DNA of 60,376 nucleotides, counting the filler, from Sphacelaria rigidula (Eukaryota): NCBI GenBank assembly GCA_964200075.2. It is 5 parts of 5 records of this genome, joined end to end, with 100 filler letters (N's around TTAATTAATTAA, not from the genome) between each part and the next. Parts side by side here need not be neighbours in the genome. Positions count along the whole stretch, not along the records: positions 12,097 to 24,092 come from CAXNAA020004256.1; positions 24,193 to 36,187 come from CAXNAA020004257.1; 3 more parts are not named here. One strand, written 5' to 3'. A program made the position numbers and the translations under genes. The notes beneath the pieces are model-generated. The model made no database searches. It was not told the origin of the DNA and worked only from the letters and a program-made list of their open reading frames with translations. Below, in pieces: positions 12,721 to 24,471 of this stretch (positions within the stretch are counted from its first letter, which is position 1; every line of letters begins with the position of its first letter).

Positions 12721-15700
12721 AGTAATGGTGTATTATTATGTACGTGCATCTCCGAGCAGATAGAGCTAGGTGCAATACTTCGTCAAATACTTCGTCATGA
12801 AATATTTGAAGGAGTTTGCCGGTTGGCAGTTGGTTGAATTTATTCTGGGGTGACATGAATAACAGCAGTTTTTCCGTAGCCGTCGTGCCAACAACTGATT
12901 GATGATAGAAATGTACGCAGGCATGTGGTGCTTTGGAACTCCAAAGACGACCATTCAATCAGAATGCACATACATCAAGAACCGCGGGGCAACGGCGGTC
13001 TCCTCTTTGTGCATTCGGTGCTCGATTATTCCGCGTACAGCTGCTGGATTGTACATGGATGGAGAGAATAAAATATGACCCCAGCATGTTATAGACGACG
13101 TTGACAACAAGAGGAAGGGAAGGAAGGGTGTGGTGTCACAGCGTCAACCATGCGAGCTGACGTGCACCCTCTGCTCTGCCATGACCCTGACTTTCGATTT
13201 TCAGGAAATCTTCGAAGTCCATCCGACGGATATTCGGCAATCGACCCTACGAAAGTCACCGAGCCCGTATCGTAACACGCAAGCCTTCTCAGCTACACGA
13301 AGACACATGGTGTACATCATATCTCCGATACTTTAGGCGAATCCCCGTTTTGACAGGCACGGTAGTTTATCAGGGTCATGCACTATTTTTCAACTTAAAG
13401 TCATGCCGATCCAACCGATGACTTATGCTGGGGATCAAAAGGTAAATAAAGGTTCGACCTGTGGCATCGCGGTGGCAGGGTGCACCACGTAGTGTCGAGG
13501 ATGCATGACCAACAGACGGTAACCCAACCATACATACGTGTGCACATGATAGTAACCGTTTGACCTGAGGCATTTGAAAGATCCATTGTTTTTGACCCCG
13601 AATTCAGTAAGGATTCTCCTCTTCGTATACAAACTTGACGACAGGAGCCGTTCAGCTTATGTTGTGCATCATTGTGGTTTGTTGTGCTTGTTGTGCTTAC
13701 TCCGCTCTCAGGTCAGCCATGATGTTGTTTTTCCGTCCGCATTTATTTATTAACCCGGTCCTGTACCGACCTGTATGCTCCCGGGAAGTCAGTTCATGTG
13801 CAGTAAAAAGTGTAATACATACATTCGTCGCAATAAAATATATATGTTGCAAATCTCCCTTGGTTGCCAAGTCATGATATGTTTGTCTTGCTGAGATGAA
13901 AGTTGTAACTTGAGGTATACTCTATTTTTATTTCACGTGGTACGCAGAAGCACCCTTGATAGATTCGAAAAGCGCCGCTTTTTCTCGGCGGCTATCTTGC
14001 AGTAGATACACCGTAGGACACGCCCTTGGACCAATTCTTATGGGTCCAAAATGTGCCCAAAAAATATTCGGGGCCTGATTTTCTCTCAACCACTCTGGTG
14101 TACGATACCACAATTGGTTTTCGATTCTTCTTGATGGAAAGACAGCGGAGCCGTTCGCTGAGTTTGACAGGTACAGACCTACCAAGACATTCGATCGCTA
14201 GTGGTTGACACCTGTGACCCCCTCTTTTTCGGGTTTCAACGTCCAAGACATAATAGAGAAACAAGGCTGTGTTCACTTAACATACAACGGAACCGCCACC
14301 CATATTGTTGTTACCCAAACATTGGTGTCTTTACTTTGTTCAGAACAAAGCAGCAACCAGGCGCTGCAGAGAAAACCGTGAGACGGTGTGGACAGGCCAA
14401 GGTAAAATCATGAGCATTTCAGAGGTTCTTCCATTTCGTTGGAATCAGGTTTGAAAATAGACACAAGCTTTTGGGCCACCCCCGTCCGACTAGATTCTTG
14501 AACAGCTTGGAAGCTCATGTGTTGAATTGTTGTTGGTCTGGCTAGCTTTGCTGCGAGGTGCAACTTACGGATCACCGGCGGCATGTACCAAGGTATGAAT
14601 GACTAAAGCTTGCAGCAGGTGGATAGATAACGATGTGGGCAGAGAAGCAGTCGAGACCAAAACGGTCACCAACAAACTGTACGACCTGCAATTACAACAG
14701 CGAGCGAGGCCGTACAGCTCACATCGCCTTAGACAGTGTCTGCGTCGCCAATCAGCGTGAGAGGATTTAGAAGCAAGCTAATGCCTGCCATGTCAGGTTG
14801 TGAAAATTCAAATTCTCGAAAAATCCGAAGACTGGATATCATTGAATTTGAATGGACATCACTGGCATCAGGAACGAAGAGTTCGAGAGTTTCACCGAAG
14901 CCTGTGTAGGGGTCCGAATGGCGGAAACTGGAGATAGAGGCGGAAGGTTATTCGTGGTTCAAGACGATAGAGCAGGCTGTATCTGTTTTGGTTTCTTCAG
15001 GAATACAGCATGAACGACATCTTCGACGTCAGTCGCACACGCGTAGTGCGGCTTGTGTGAGCCTGCGATGCCTGCCCTGCATATACGTGTGTAGCTAATA
15101 GACATGTGTTACTACTTGTGGGCAGGAGCAAAGATCACTTGTAGGACCCCATTTCCTACAGGACCGCCCAACCGAAAGAGCATAGAAACACGATGAAAAT
15201 GAATCGATTACGTAGGACCTTCATCTGCAGGACCGATTGCATACCTCACACTCGCTAAACATGGTGAAAACATGCCGTCTGTCTCAACCATGGGAATCTG
15301 AAGACAAACTTCTGCGAATTGAGACCGGCAACAAAATTGACCACCCCAAGACGTTAGCTCCACCTCATACGGATCAAGTCTGAAAGTGGACTACTATATT
15401 CCACGTACAAACGTAGACATACGCCCATGCCCACAACAACACCCCCTCCCCACGCCTCCGATCCCCCGTGCGCTTATTTATTTTCTCTCCGGTGGCACAA
15501 TCTACATTTTGTGGGGGCAAATTTCCTGAACAACAGGCAAGTTTGGTGTCTGTTATTCTACTGCTAAAATCTGTCCGCACCCTAAAATTGTAGGACGCAC
15601 ATAAAGCCTGTGTGCTTGGGTATGGTGTGCATGCGTTTGCAGGACGTGCTACCCAGGCGTTGTGTCCCACAGCACACAGTAACAGCCCACCAAACCCCCC

Positions 15701-16151
15701 TCTCCTACAGTCTCGGGAAGATCCACCCCAGTGCAAGCGGTTGGCCTGTAACGCCGACAGTGATATAGCATTGACGGCGGGGGAGCAAAGATGCTGTACA
15801 GCAGCAGCAAATCCAGCGGCAGGAAAAAGCCGGATCATACGTGAGACATTGGATTCGCCATTCGAAAATCCCTCTCGATCAGGCCGCGACCATGCATGGG
15901 TTTGCGTGTGATTCCAACGGGCATCGCAGCAGAAAGAGCGAAGGAGTGCGCCAACGCTTAGTATAGATCATGTTAACCCGTTTGAGGTGCACCAACTGAC
16001 AGTATGCTGCATTAGGTATACACCGACAGCCATCCAGCATGCTGTAACATGCTCTAGGCTTCCCGTTTCACCCACCGACATCCAAACAAGTTTATATTCC
16101 TGTCTGTGCCCGTTGTGTTTTCCGGGTGTTTGATGTTGCAGGCATTTTCTC

Positions 16152-16427
16152 ATGGCGAAACTCAACGCAACGAGAACGCGGCGCGTGCTCGGAGGCAGCG
16201 GCGGCAGCGGGGGGCGCCGTGGAACACGCACGCGGGGCCTACCGACTGACTTCGTTGGCACTATCACGCCTCCGCCGCGGCTGTGCATCCCTGCGGAGCC
16301 GCCTAAGGTGCCGCGCCGGCCGCCCAGCAAGGGCAACAAGCGAGAGACGCTTTCGGATATCGCCAGGCGCATACCAATTCAAGTCATGCGAGCATATTTC
16401 AACTACCCGCTTAGGACGGCTGCGCAG
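16152..16427 (+). CDS. RWP-RK gene exon 1 (N-terminal half of RWP-RK domain)
   Basis: MAKLNATR...IPIQVMRAYFNYPLRTAAQ, then GT donor at 16428. Confidence 0.85.
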
Positions 16428-19400
16428 GTGCTGAACCAATCGCAACATCTTGTTTTAACGTTGTCCGTTGTTCGTTGGCTTGGTGAGGGGCTGTGGCCAT
16501 GAATTAGGCAGTGTATAGATGTGTGTGTTCGCCTCGGTCTGTTTCGAGATGATTGCATGTTTCATCAAATCTTGACGTTGCATGTGTAATAAGCGTGATT
16601 TAATACGCCGTTGTGATTCTATTCGAGTATGGTTTGCGTGGCCAACTCCGGAAACTTCCCGGGTAGACGACTAGACGACAAAAAACGAATGCAGCACTGC
16701 TGCGCCCGCATCTATGAACCCTAATGAGCACGAACGCTAGGGCGTAGACTATTTCTTTGTTGTCGGTGCCAATGTAGATGCAGTCATTGGTGAAGCATTC
16801 AGTGTGCAAACCCTGTGGTACGAATACACAAGCCAGCTACAGACACGCGGCGTTGCATACGTACCCCGTCTTACCAACTACAAGACTTGGCCGATGCTGC
16901 ACATGAAGCTCGCATCACTCGCGTTATGCTGTTGTAGTGTGTACGTGTGTGCCAGTTTCTTCTTCTCGGTTGTCCAAACTGGTCGGTCCGTACCTTCGTG
17001 TAAGTTTCTCATGGCAAAAGGCGCGCATCTCAGCGATATCCTTGGTGATACGTCTAGGGGGGATGCAGAGGAGCCTAAAGCAGGGAGGTTGTGAATGGCC
17101 AACAAAAAACCACGGACAGTTGTCGAACATCTTCCAGTAAACGCATCACGTGTACAGTTGCTTTGCATTGGCCAAGAAATGAGGATCAACCGATGACCCC
17201 GGTTTTTAAAAAAGAGCACGTCGCATCAACAATTCTTACTTTTAGTATGAAAATTGTTCTTCCTCGTTGCACACACAGGGGAGCAGTCACGGTAGCTTTT
17301 TAACCCGCCTCCACACCCGATCGGTGCAGGCATAAAATTGTTGAGGTGAAGGATTAACGTCTACTTTCGCTCGGTCCCGTCTTGAGGCACTCGGCCGCGT
17401 GGGCCTTGGTGATACCGGCAAGCTGCTGTGTTTGATGCTCGACTGAGTAGACTGGGGTGAAATCGGCAGGTTGTGCATGACGTACACAATGACACATTTT
17501 TGATGGGAATAAGAAGATTGCTTCCTGAAACACGAACGATAATGATGATGATCAGAAAACCTTGAATTATGAAATATGAGTGATGATATGACTGACCACA
17601 GAAATCGCCGTTTGTTTTGCGCGGTTCAGCGAACCTTACTCACTTTCAGTGTAGCTTCTTCTCGAGTTCATGGCGTGTGGCGGCAAATGTGAGGGGGTGT
17701 ATGCACGAGTCGTGAAACACGACTTTTTCGCATGAATATGCTATACCATTCTCAGTCGGCGTTCACAAATAAGGGAGGGTTGGCGCTCTCAAATTGCCAG
17801 GTGGCAGGTCATGTGTGACCTCTGACCTTTTACCTGTTGATGGGATGCGTGTTGGCACCAACAGCGTGAAACACCCCGCCCAAAATGATCAGCGATATAT
17901 CGCTCTGAACGGTCAATGACGTAAGTTGAACATGCTGCCTTGGTGTTGGCGGGGGGCAGCACACATTCCTATGCTAGCTTCAGTCTTCAGTATTGATATC
18001 CAACACTGAAATGAAAAGCCGTCGACGGACACACAAAGGGTAGCTGTTGACGGCATTTCTGATCGCATTTGGTCAGTTGTTGAGGGATGAACGAACCCTC
18101 GGGCCTTACGTCACAGAAACCTTCAAGGCGCACACACCTCACCACTACCGTGTTGACGCAATACCCAAACATTCCATCGTGTCTTGACACCCGCTCATCG
18201 CATGATGTAACTTGTCGACACTTTCCCCAAACTCCTGGTGTACAAGGCGGTCGCTTCCGCGACCTCTTTTTTTGGTATGAAACATGGGTGCCTCATGTAT
18301 GCACCGCACACCTGATCACCTGAAAGACTGTGAGACGATACCGACGACTTCAACACATGACCACGACTGGTGTGCCAAAGCACGCGGTGAAGCCTTGGGG
18401 CGCACGTAGTGCGGTCACCCGCGGTAGTGAAGAGAAGATATTCTTTCTGCTCTCCTCATCGTCACGCCCACCTTCACGTAACGCAAGCAAGTCAAGGAAC
18501 CACATCCTGGACAGGAGATTCTATTGTCGAAAAATGTACTGCGTGCAGTATGGAATCTTTTGTCTACTGCGATAGGCGCAATAGTCGATACTGTACGCAG
18601 TACATTTTTTTACTGTGTATTCTCTTGTCCAGGGTATTCAAGGAACCATGACAACATCAGTCGACATTTCCACCATTGACGAGTAAACATCGAGTATTTC
18701 CAACAACGATGAGCAACAGCCCACGAGGACGCAAGCCGCAGTATCAATGCCCATAGATCTCGACAAAAGCATCAGGTGTACGTGGATGCATCCGCGCTTT
18801 TACAACATACACGGCGGATTTGTTCGCCACGATAACCTTACTTACCATCGCCCCCCTCTTGAGAGGGAGTTTGGTTGAACTTCGAACATGACGCAATGAA
18901 TTATTCCCCTTCCCTTTCCCCTCGATATGTCTCCTTGCAACACACTCATCAGGCTATGAATATATCGGTCACCACGTTGAAGCGACTTTGCCGACGGCAA
19001 GGTGTGAAGCGCTGGCCACATCGTCAGATTTGTGGTATCAACCGGGCACTCAGTGATCTAGAAGCACAACACCAAGTGGCAAGTGCAATCGAGGCGTCCG
19101 CCGTGGCGAAGCAGCTGAGGGAACTACATCGGCGCCGGAATGTCATCATCGAGGTTTGTGTTCCATGAGTTTTGTATTGATCATCATGATGCTAAAATGA
19201 TGCACTTCTTTTTGCACTTCTTTTTCATGTCACGTTTTCTTCGGCTTCTGTGATGGAAAATATGAAAATATGTAGTACTCTGTGCCGAACATATGCAACG
19301 AAGATCCTCGATTTTTTTCACTTACTCGCGGAGGAGCAGAAGCAGAGTGTCGTCGGCGCGCGGTGATGCGAAGACTACTCGTCGGCTGGTTTGTGAAACA

Positions 19401-22269
19401 CTACCGCGGTTTGGGTGTTGGTCTTTCACTTTGAATGTATACACGTGCGATACGTGTCCGTTGTGCTTTTCCCGTAGACATGTTCCCGGAGATATATGTG
19501 AGGTTGGGTATGTTCGGTTCTTGTCTGTAAATCTACCCCAATCTCCGTGCCACCACCTTTGTTTTCGTAACCTTAGGTACGTTCACGCACCCTTGCACGC
19601 GAAGATAGACGGCGCTTGTTTGGCACCGTTATTGTAGGCGGTGAACTAGGAGCAGATGCGTAGCGGTATCACAACTTGGCATCTCGTATGAGAGTGCGCG
19701 AGTACGTATGTGCATTCATGTGCACATCTGTGTACGCGACCGTAGAACGCGATGTATGACCGCACGGAAAATCTTGCCGGCTTTCCCTAGGTGCCGTACT
19801 TCAATATGCAGTGTACATCTATGAAGAATGAAAACATCATCGCGCCCGACACCCTTTGGCCGTCTGGCCGCCAGGGTAGGTCGCCGCTGAATCGGCATCA
19901 TTTTCACTCGAAGAATGAACCGAGAATGAATCTAGGACCACCGCAGTAGTGGGACGGGTTGATTGTGGAAACTCGTGAAGTGAGAAAGTGTCAAAAATGA
20001 AATCTCCAACCTGTGTGAGAGACAAAACAATGAGTCCAGCTGCTGTATGCTTATTCAGATTCCCCCAGGGTCTGGTACGTGTTCATACTACTGCAGGAGT
20101 GCCAACGGATGACTCAGCTTCACCGCGAAAGCACATGCGCACGCAAGCTCAACATCAACCGCCTGTGCGTTCATTATCTCTATCTCCGATGCCAGGCATT
20201 CTACCGGAAGTTGCCACTTGTGTCTATGCTCAACAGAGAGCGAATGGGTCAATCTCGTGCCGCCGATACTACTTGGGAACATGTTGAACGACTTGTTGGG
20301 GGCCAACGAGGCAACGTCCAGCGCTCCTTCTTTTCTGTGGCCTTGTTTATTTTGTTTTCGCCGCTGGGGTCGAACCGGGCGATTTGCACCACCGTAGCCC
20401 CCCGCGCACGTTGTGAAGGATTTTTTTAAAGAGGGTATTGGTTTCGTGCAATGGCCGGAACAGAGCAGCAGGCCGAACACAACTTTTGAGACTACCGGTT
20501 GAAATTGATGAGTGTGGCCTCGCTGCAATTTCTCGACATGGAGATGGTATTTGTATGTCCCCTATGGTACATGGTAAAATTGTTGCCATTCTGATATCAA
20601 GTTTTGAAATAATACATGTTCATGTCGAGTATGTACTCTCTGCTACTGGAGAAAAAAGGTCGATATGGTCAATCGGACGGCACAACCCACCGCATTTCTC
20701 CGATCGATGCTAGCACCTGAAGAAGCGGCATACGTACGATGACGTACGTTGCGGTCACAGGGGGGTGTTCCAATAATATTATTCCGAGGCTTGTGAGGCT
20801 TGAGTTACAACCATTTCACCACCAACAATGGATGCAACTTGTGGAAGTTTCATCCTCTTTGCGTCACCACCCCTGTCTTTTGCTGTTCTGGGTTTACCAT
20901 GTCCGCCCCCCTGGTTATGTAATCTGTGTTCACTTCCTGAACAAAAGATGTGCTGTATGGTCCGTCCCGGCATGACACATCAGTGATCTCCGGAGCCCCT
21001 CGCCCCTCGCGAACCTCACTGTTCCCATGTCAAACTTATTCAGGAAGCGAACAGTTTACCCAGTGAACCAGTGAACGCTCACTTGTTCAATGAGTAAACT
21101 GTTCGCTGCCTGAACAATCTGCCAACAATTTGATGGTCTTTTCTTGGAAGGTACAACAGTGCCGTTTCAACACCACAGTACAGCGCAGCCCTGGGCCTCG
21201 TAATCCATTTATAACGTACGTATCCGCTTCCCTCTCTTGAACGAATTCCTTTCCTGTGCCCACCTTTCCTAGCTTGCCTTCGAGACCGGTGAAGATTCAG
21301 TACGGACAAGATTCGGCGTCGAAGGCGACCTATCCGCTGGCGCCCCTGGAACCGCAACTCACAAACGCACCAATATCCAACACGGCGGCGCCTCGAACAG
21401 CAACATTACTTCATCGTCGGCCCGACGAACGGCGGTTGGAGCCACCGCCGCCGCCATCCAAGGTGCGGCAAAATCAACAGTGCCATGCTCCCCCGGTACC
21501 GTGGAGAGCGTTGTCACTACCTCACCGTCCTCAGACGACAACGAGCATAATAAACACGGGCTGGCGTGGTGGTACCCTACTGCCGTGGAGGACATCGAAT
21601 GCGCGATAGTTGGAGCGAATGGCGAAGCGTCGGGGGTGCATGCCGCCCCGTCTGCCCTCTCCAGCGAAGCCGGAGACGAAGACAGCAGCGCGGAAGAAGC
21701 CGCGGGCGGGGGGAGCAGCGGGAATGGCGGGACCATTGGTGGCGACGGAATAACCGTGTTCGAGCCGCGCGTATCGTCGAGTGAGGAGGTGACTGTGTGC
21801 GGTTCACGGCGCGAGCGCATCTTCAATCCTCTCTTGTCGGACTTGGAACTGCTATCGGGTTCCAGTTGCGAGCGTGGGCGGGACGGCCGCTTGATTTCCG
21901 GCTCCAGTGTTGGCGGCGCCTCGGTCTCCACCACCACCGCTCCACCTACGGAAGGAGCGCCGTCGCCAACCCAGGCGGTCCCGCTACGCGATGATGACCA
22001 CGATGATATGAACGATGGCCACGACGACGAATTTTCGCTGCTGATGGAGGGATGCAGCGAGGCGGCGCGACAATCAATCAACATCATCGAGCAGCACATG
22101 ACAGAGCTGGCTGCGGAGGGTGACCTGCTTTTCGGCCCCTGCGATATATCGGACGACGTCGCCACCGACAGCGTAGATCCAGGCTGCAGTAGTGCCGTCG
22201 GGGGAGCTAATGACGACATTGCGGGAGTGTTCAAGGACAACATCAATAACAGCAGCAGCAGCAGCAACG

Positions 22270-22308
<39 letters not shown>

Positions 22309-22658
22309 GTATCAATGAGATTGACAACGGAAACAGTACTGTCAACCAGAAGTCGTCAGCGTGGGCGTACCACTTGTTCGGCCTACCGATCCCGCCTGTC
22401 CTCTTGTCGCAAGATTCCATGTCTTCGTCATTATCCACTGAGACTGCGAGTTCGTCGTCCACGTCGGACGAATCGGCCGCATGTGCAGCGGACGCTGTTA
22501 TGCCCACAGCGGATTTTTCCATGCCCGACGCCGACGGTTCGGTAGGATGCGGAGCAGGTGTCGGCGGTGATGGGTCATCGTTCTGCGTGTCCACTTTACC
22601 ATGGGCTGGTGCCACCAGCGGATGGGGAACATGGGGGCCATCTCCAAGTGTCAATTGA
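16152..22658 (+). CDS. RWP-RK domain transcription factor (RKD/NIN-like family), 3 exons: 16152-16427, 18953-19153, 21273-22658 (~620 aa)
   Basis: Spliced peptide ...AYFNYPLRTAAQ|AMNISVTTLKRLCRRQGVKRWPHRQ... matches the RWP-RK consensus (F..P...AA..L.V..T.LKR.CR..GI.RWP.RK). All junctions are GT-AG and phase 0 in the frames checked. An upstream acceptor at 16140-16141 suggests a further 5' exon. Confidence 0.9.
18953..19153 (+). CDS. RWP-RK gene exon 2 (RWPHRQ motif and following helix)
   Basis: AG at 18951-18952, AMNISVTTLKRLCRRQGVKRWPHRQ...NVIIE, GT at 19154. Confidence 0.9.
21273..22658 (+). CDS. RWP-RK gene terminal exon (acidic, Ser/Gly-rich, poly-Asn low-complexity tail)
   Basis: Pyrimidine tract + AG at 21271-21272, in frame with the 392-aa ORF 21480-22658; open for 1.38 kb. 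Confidence 0.75.
22248..22308 (+). repeat. Coding (AGC)n/(AAC)n microsatellite giving poly-Ser/poly-Asn
   Basis: Directly visible trinucleotide runs inside RWP-RK exon 3. Confidence 0.9.
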
Positions 22659-24092
22659 TCAATTCCGCGCTGTTGTGGTTCATTTATTTACAGGTCCCTG
22701 GCGCTGGCGTTAAATTGACGACTTGAGCGGTACGTTACTTGAGTGATGACTTTTCTCATCTCCCATATGGTGGTCGAAAACGAACCGACATTTCCGCTCG
22801 GTCTGTTCTCTCGGTAGATTGCTGTGCGCCTTGCATGAGAGTGAGGAGTCAGGACGAAGGGACTTCCCTCGTGTTGCTTCGACGTACCATTTTGTTGGTA
22901 GTAGTAGTTGTTGTTGGTTGTTGGCTGTTGTTGGATTGTTGGGTTGTTTGGTTTTTTGGTCGTTGACGTTAGCGTTTGCTGTTGGCCGTTGGATGTTGTG
23001 AATTGTCTTTCCTCTTCCCCCCCCCCCCGCTCACCCCCTCTCATCAGTTGCTGTGACGTCGGATAGGACCACCCAGCGGGACCGGGTTGATGATCCGAGT
23101 AATTTCAGATAACTTGAAAACGTGGACGAGGCCGAGAGAAGATGTGCCCCCGCTGCCCTTACGTGGGTTTTTTTGCGCCTAATTTTTGGATTTCCTGAGC
23201 TGGTGCATCCTTTTTCTTTCTTCTCGTCATTTTCAAGACGGGTGGTATTGATCCACCTTCTGGAGGCTCGAATTTCGGAGGCAGCAGGGCGTCGCGGACG
23301 CTGCGGTGACGGTACGGTCTGAGGTGACCTGAAAAAGTTGGGGACGTTTTTTTTGTGAATGAAAAACACCGTCCGGCGAGAACGATGAATACCGAGCGTT
23401 TGATCGCGTGTGCCTGCTTCCTCTCACCTTCTTTCACGAAATTCGTGAACGGACGTGTGTTCGGCTTGCCGCCGAGAGGGAGAGGGAGTGAGGGGCTACT
23501 AGGGCCCGTCGATATTTTTACGATGCGGCAATGAGGAATAAAGTAGAGCGCCTGAGTAAGCAGTACGGTGAGGTAGGTACTGTGTGGGCGTGGTGTAGGA
23601 AGCGGCAGGGATGAAGAGCACGACCTACACACAGTGGATGTACTGTGGGAATCAGTTGGTTGACTGTCAGGCTGGCTGGCTTTGTTTTCTTGTTTTGTTT
23701 TTCACTTGTTTTGGGGTTTTGTTTTCTGTTTTTCGTTATTTTGAGTAAAGCTTGCTGTTCAAAGTCTGTGTCTCCTTCCCTTGTTCCGACAGGGGAGTCT
23801 TACGTATTAGACCATACACTGAGGGAGTAGTAGAGACTAAAAACGTCACACAAAATGGATGAGTTGCGGCGGGGTTGTTCAGAGAGGATATTGTTCAGAA
23901 ACAAAAAAGATCAGTGGGACTTTTGCAAACGGTCGTATGCCTATTATGAGGCAATCGTTCCTAGAAGGGTATTCCCACCTATCAAAATTGGAGAATGGCT
24001 AGACGAAAGTCGCCCCCCCCCCCCCCCCCCCCCCCTCCCCATCGCTCTCTCCACTATCCCCGCCCCACCCCCCCCCCCCCCGCTCCCCCCCC

Positions 24093-24192
24093 NNNNNNNN
24101 NNNNNNNNNNNNNNNNNNNNNNNNNNNNNNNNNNNNTTAATTAATTAANNNNNNNNNNNNNNNNNNNNNNNNNNNNNNNNNNNNNNNNNNNN
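24093..24192. other. Artificial contig spacer
   Basis: Same N44-TTAATTAATTAA-N44 linker. Confidence 0.97.
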
Positions 24193-24357
24193 CTCCCTTT
24201 CGGGCAATCAGGCAGAATAAATCGTGAATGTGGTAATTTTGAGTCGTGATGATTTGTCCTAACCGTGAAATACTCACAGTTTATCATGATATCCTGTCAA
24301 GCATATCTTCACCTCCTCCTCCTCCCCTCCCCTACCGCTGGCGGCCGATAAGTACAG

Positions 24358-24471
24358 GCGCACCGATTGCGTGCCCTGACGTTACTGCACCGGTTCTTGG
24401 AGCTTGGGCCGTGGGCGGTGAACCTGTCTCTATCGGTCGGTGTATTCCCGTACGTGCTGAAGCTGATGCAG
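24358..24471 (+). CDS. RPTOR: Raptor exon
   Basis: [42 protein letters not shown] bounded. Confidence 0.93.

Noticed and set aside
13928-14185. Kinase-like motif LWYRTPEWL
   Set aside because: No DFG, HRD or other kinase subdomains nearby and no clear exon boundaries; probably chance
21359-22654. 431-aa minus-strand ORF with poly-Leu
   Set aside because: Antisense shadow of RWP-RK exon 3; poly-Leu is the reverse of the AAC/AGC repeat
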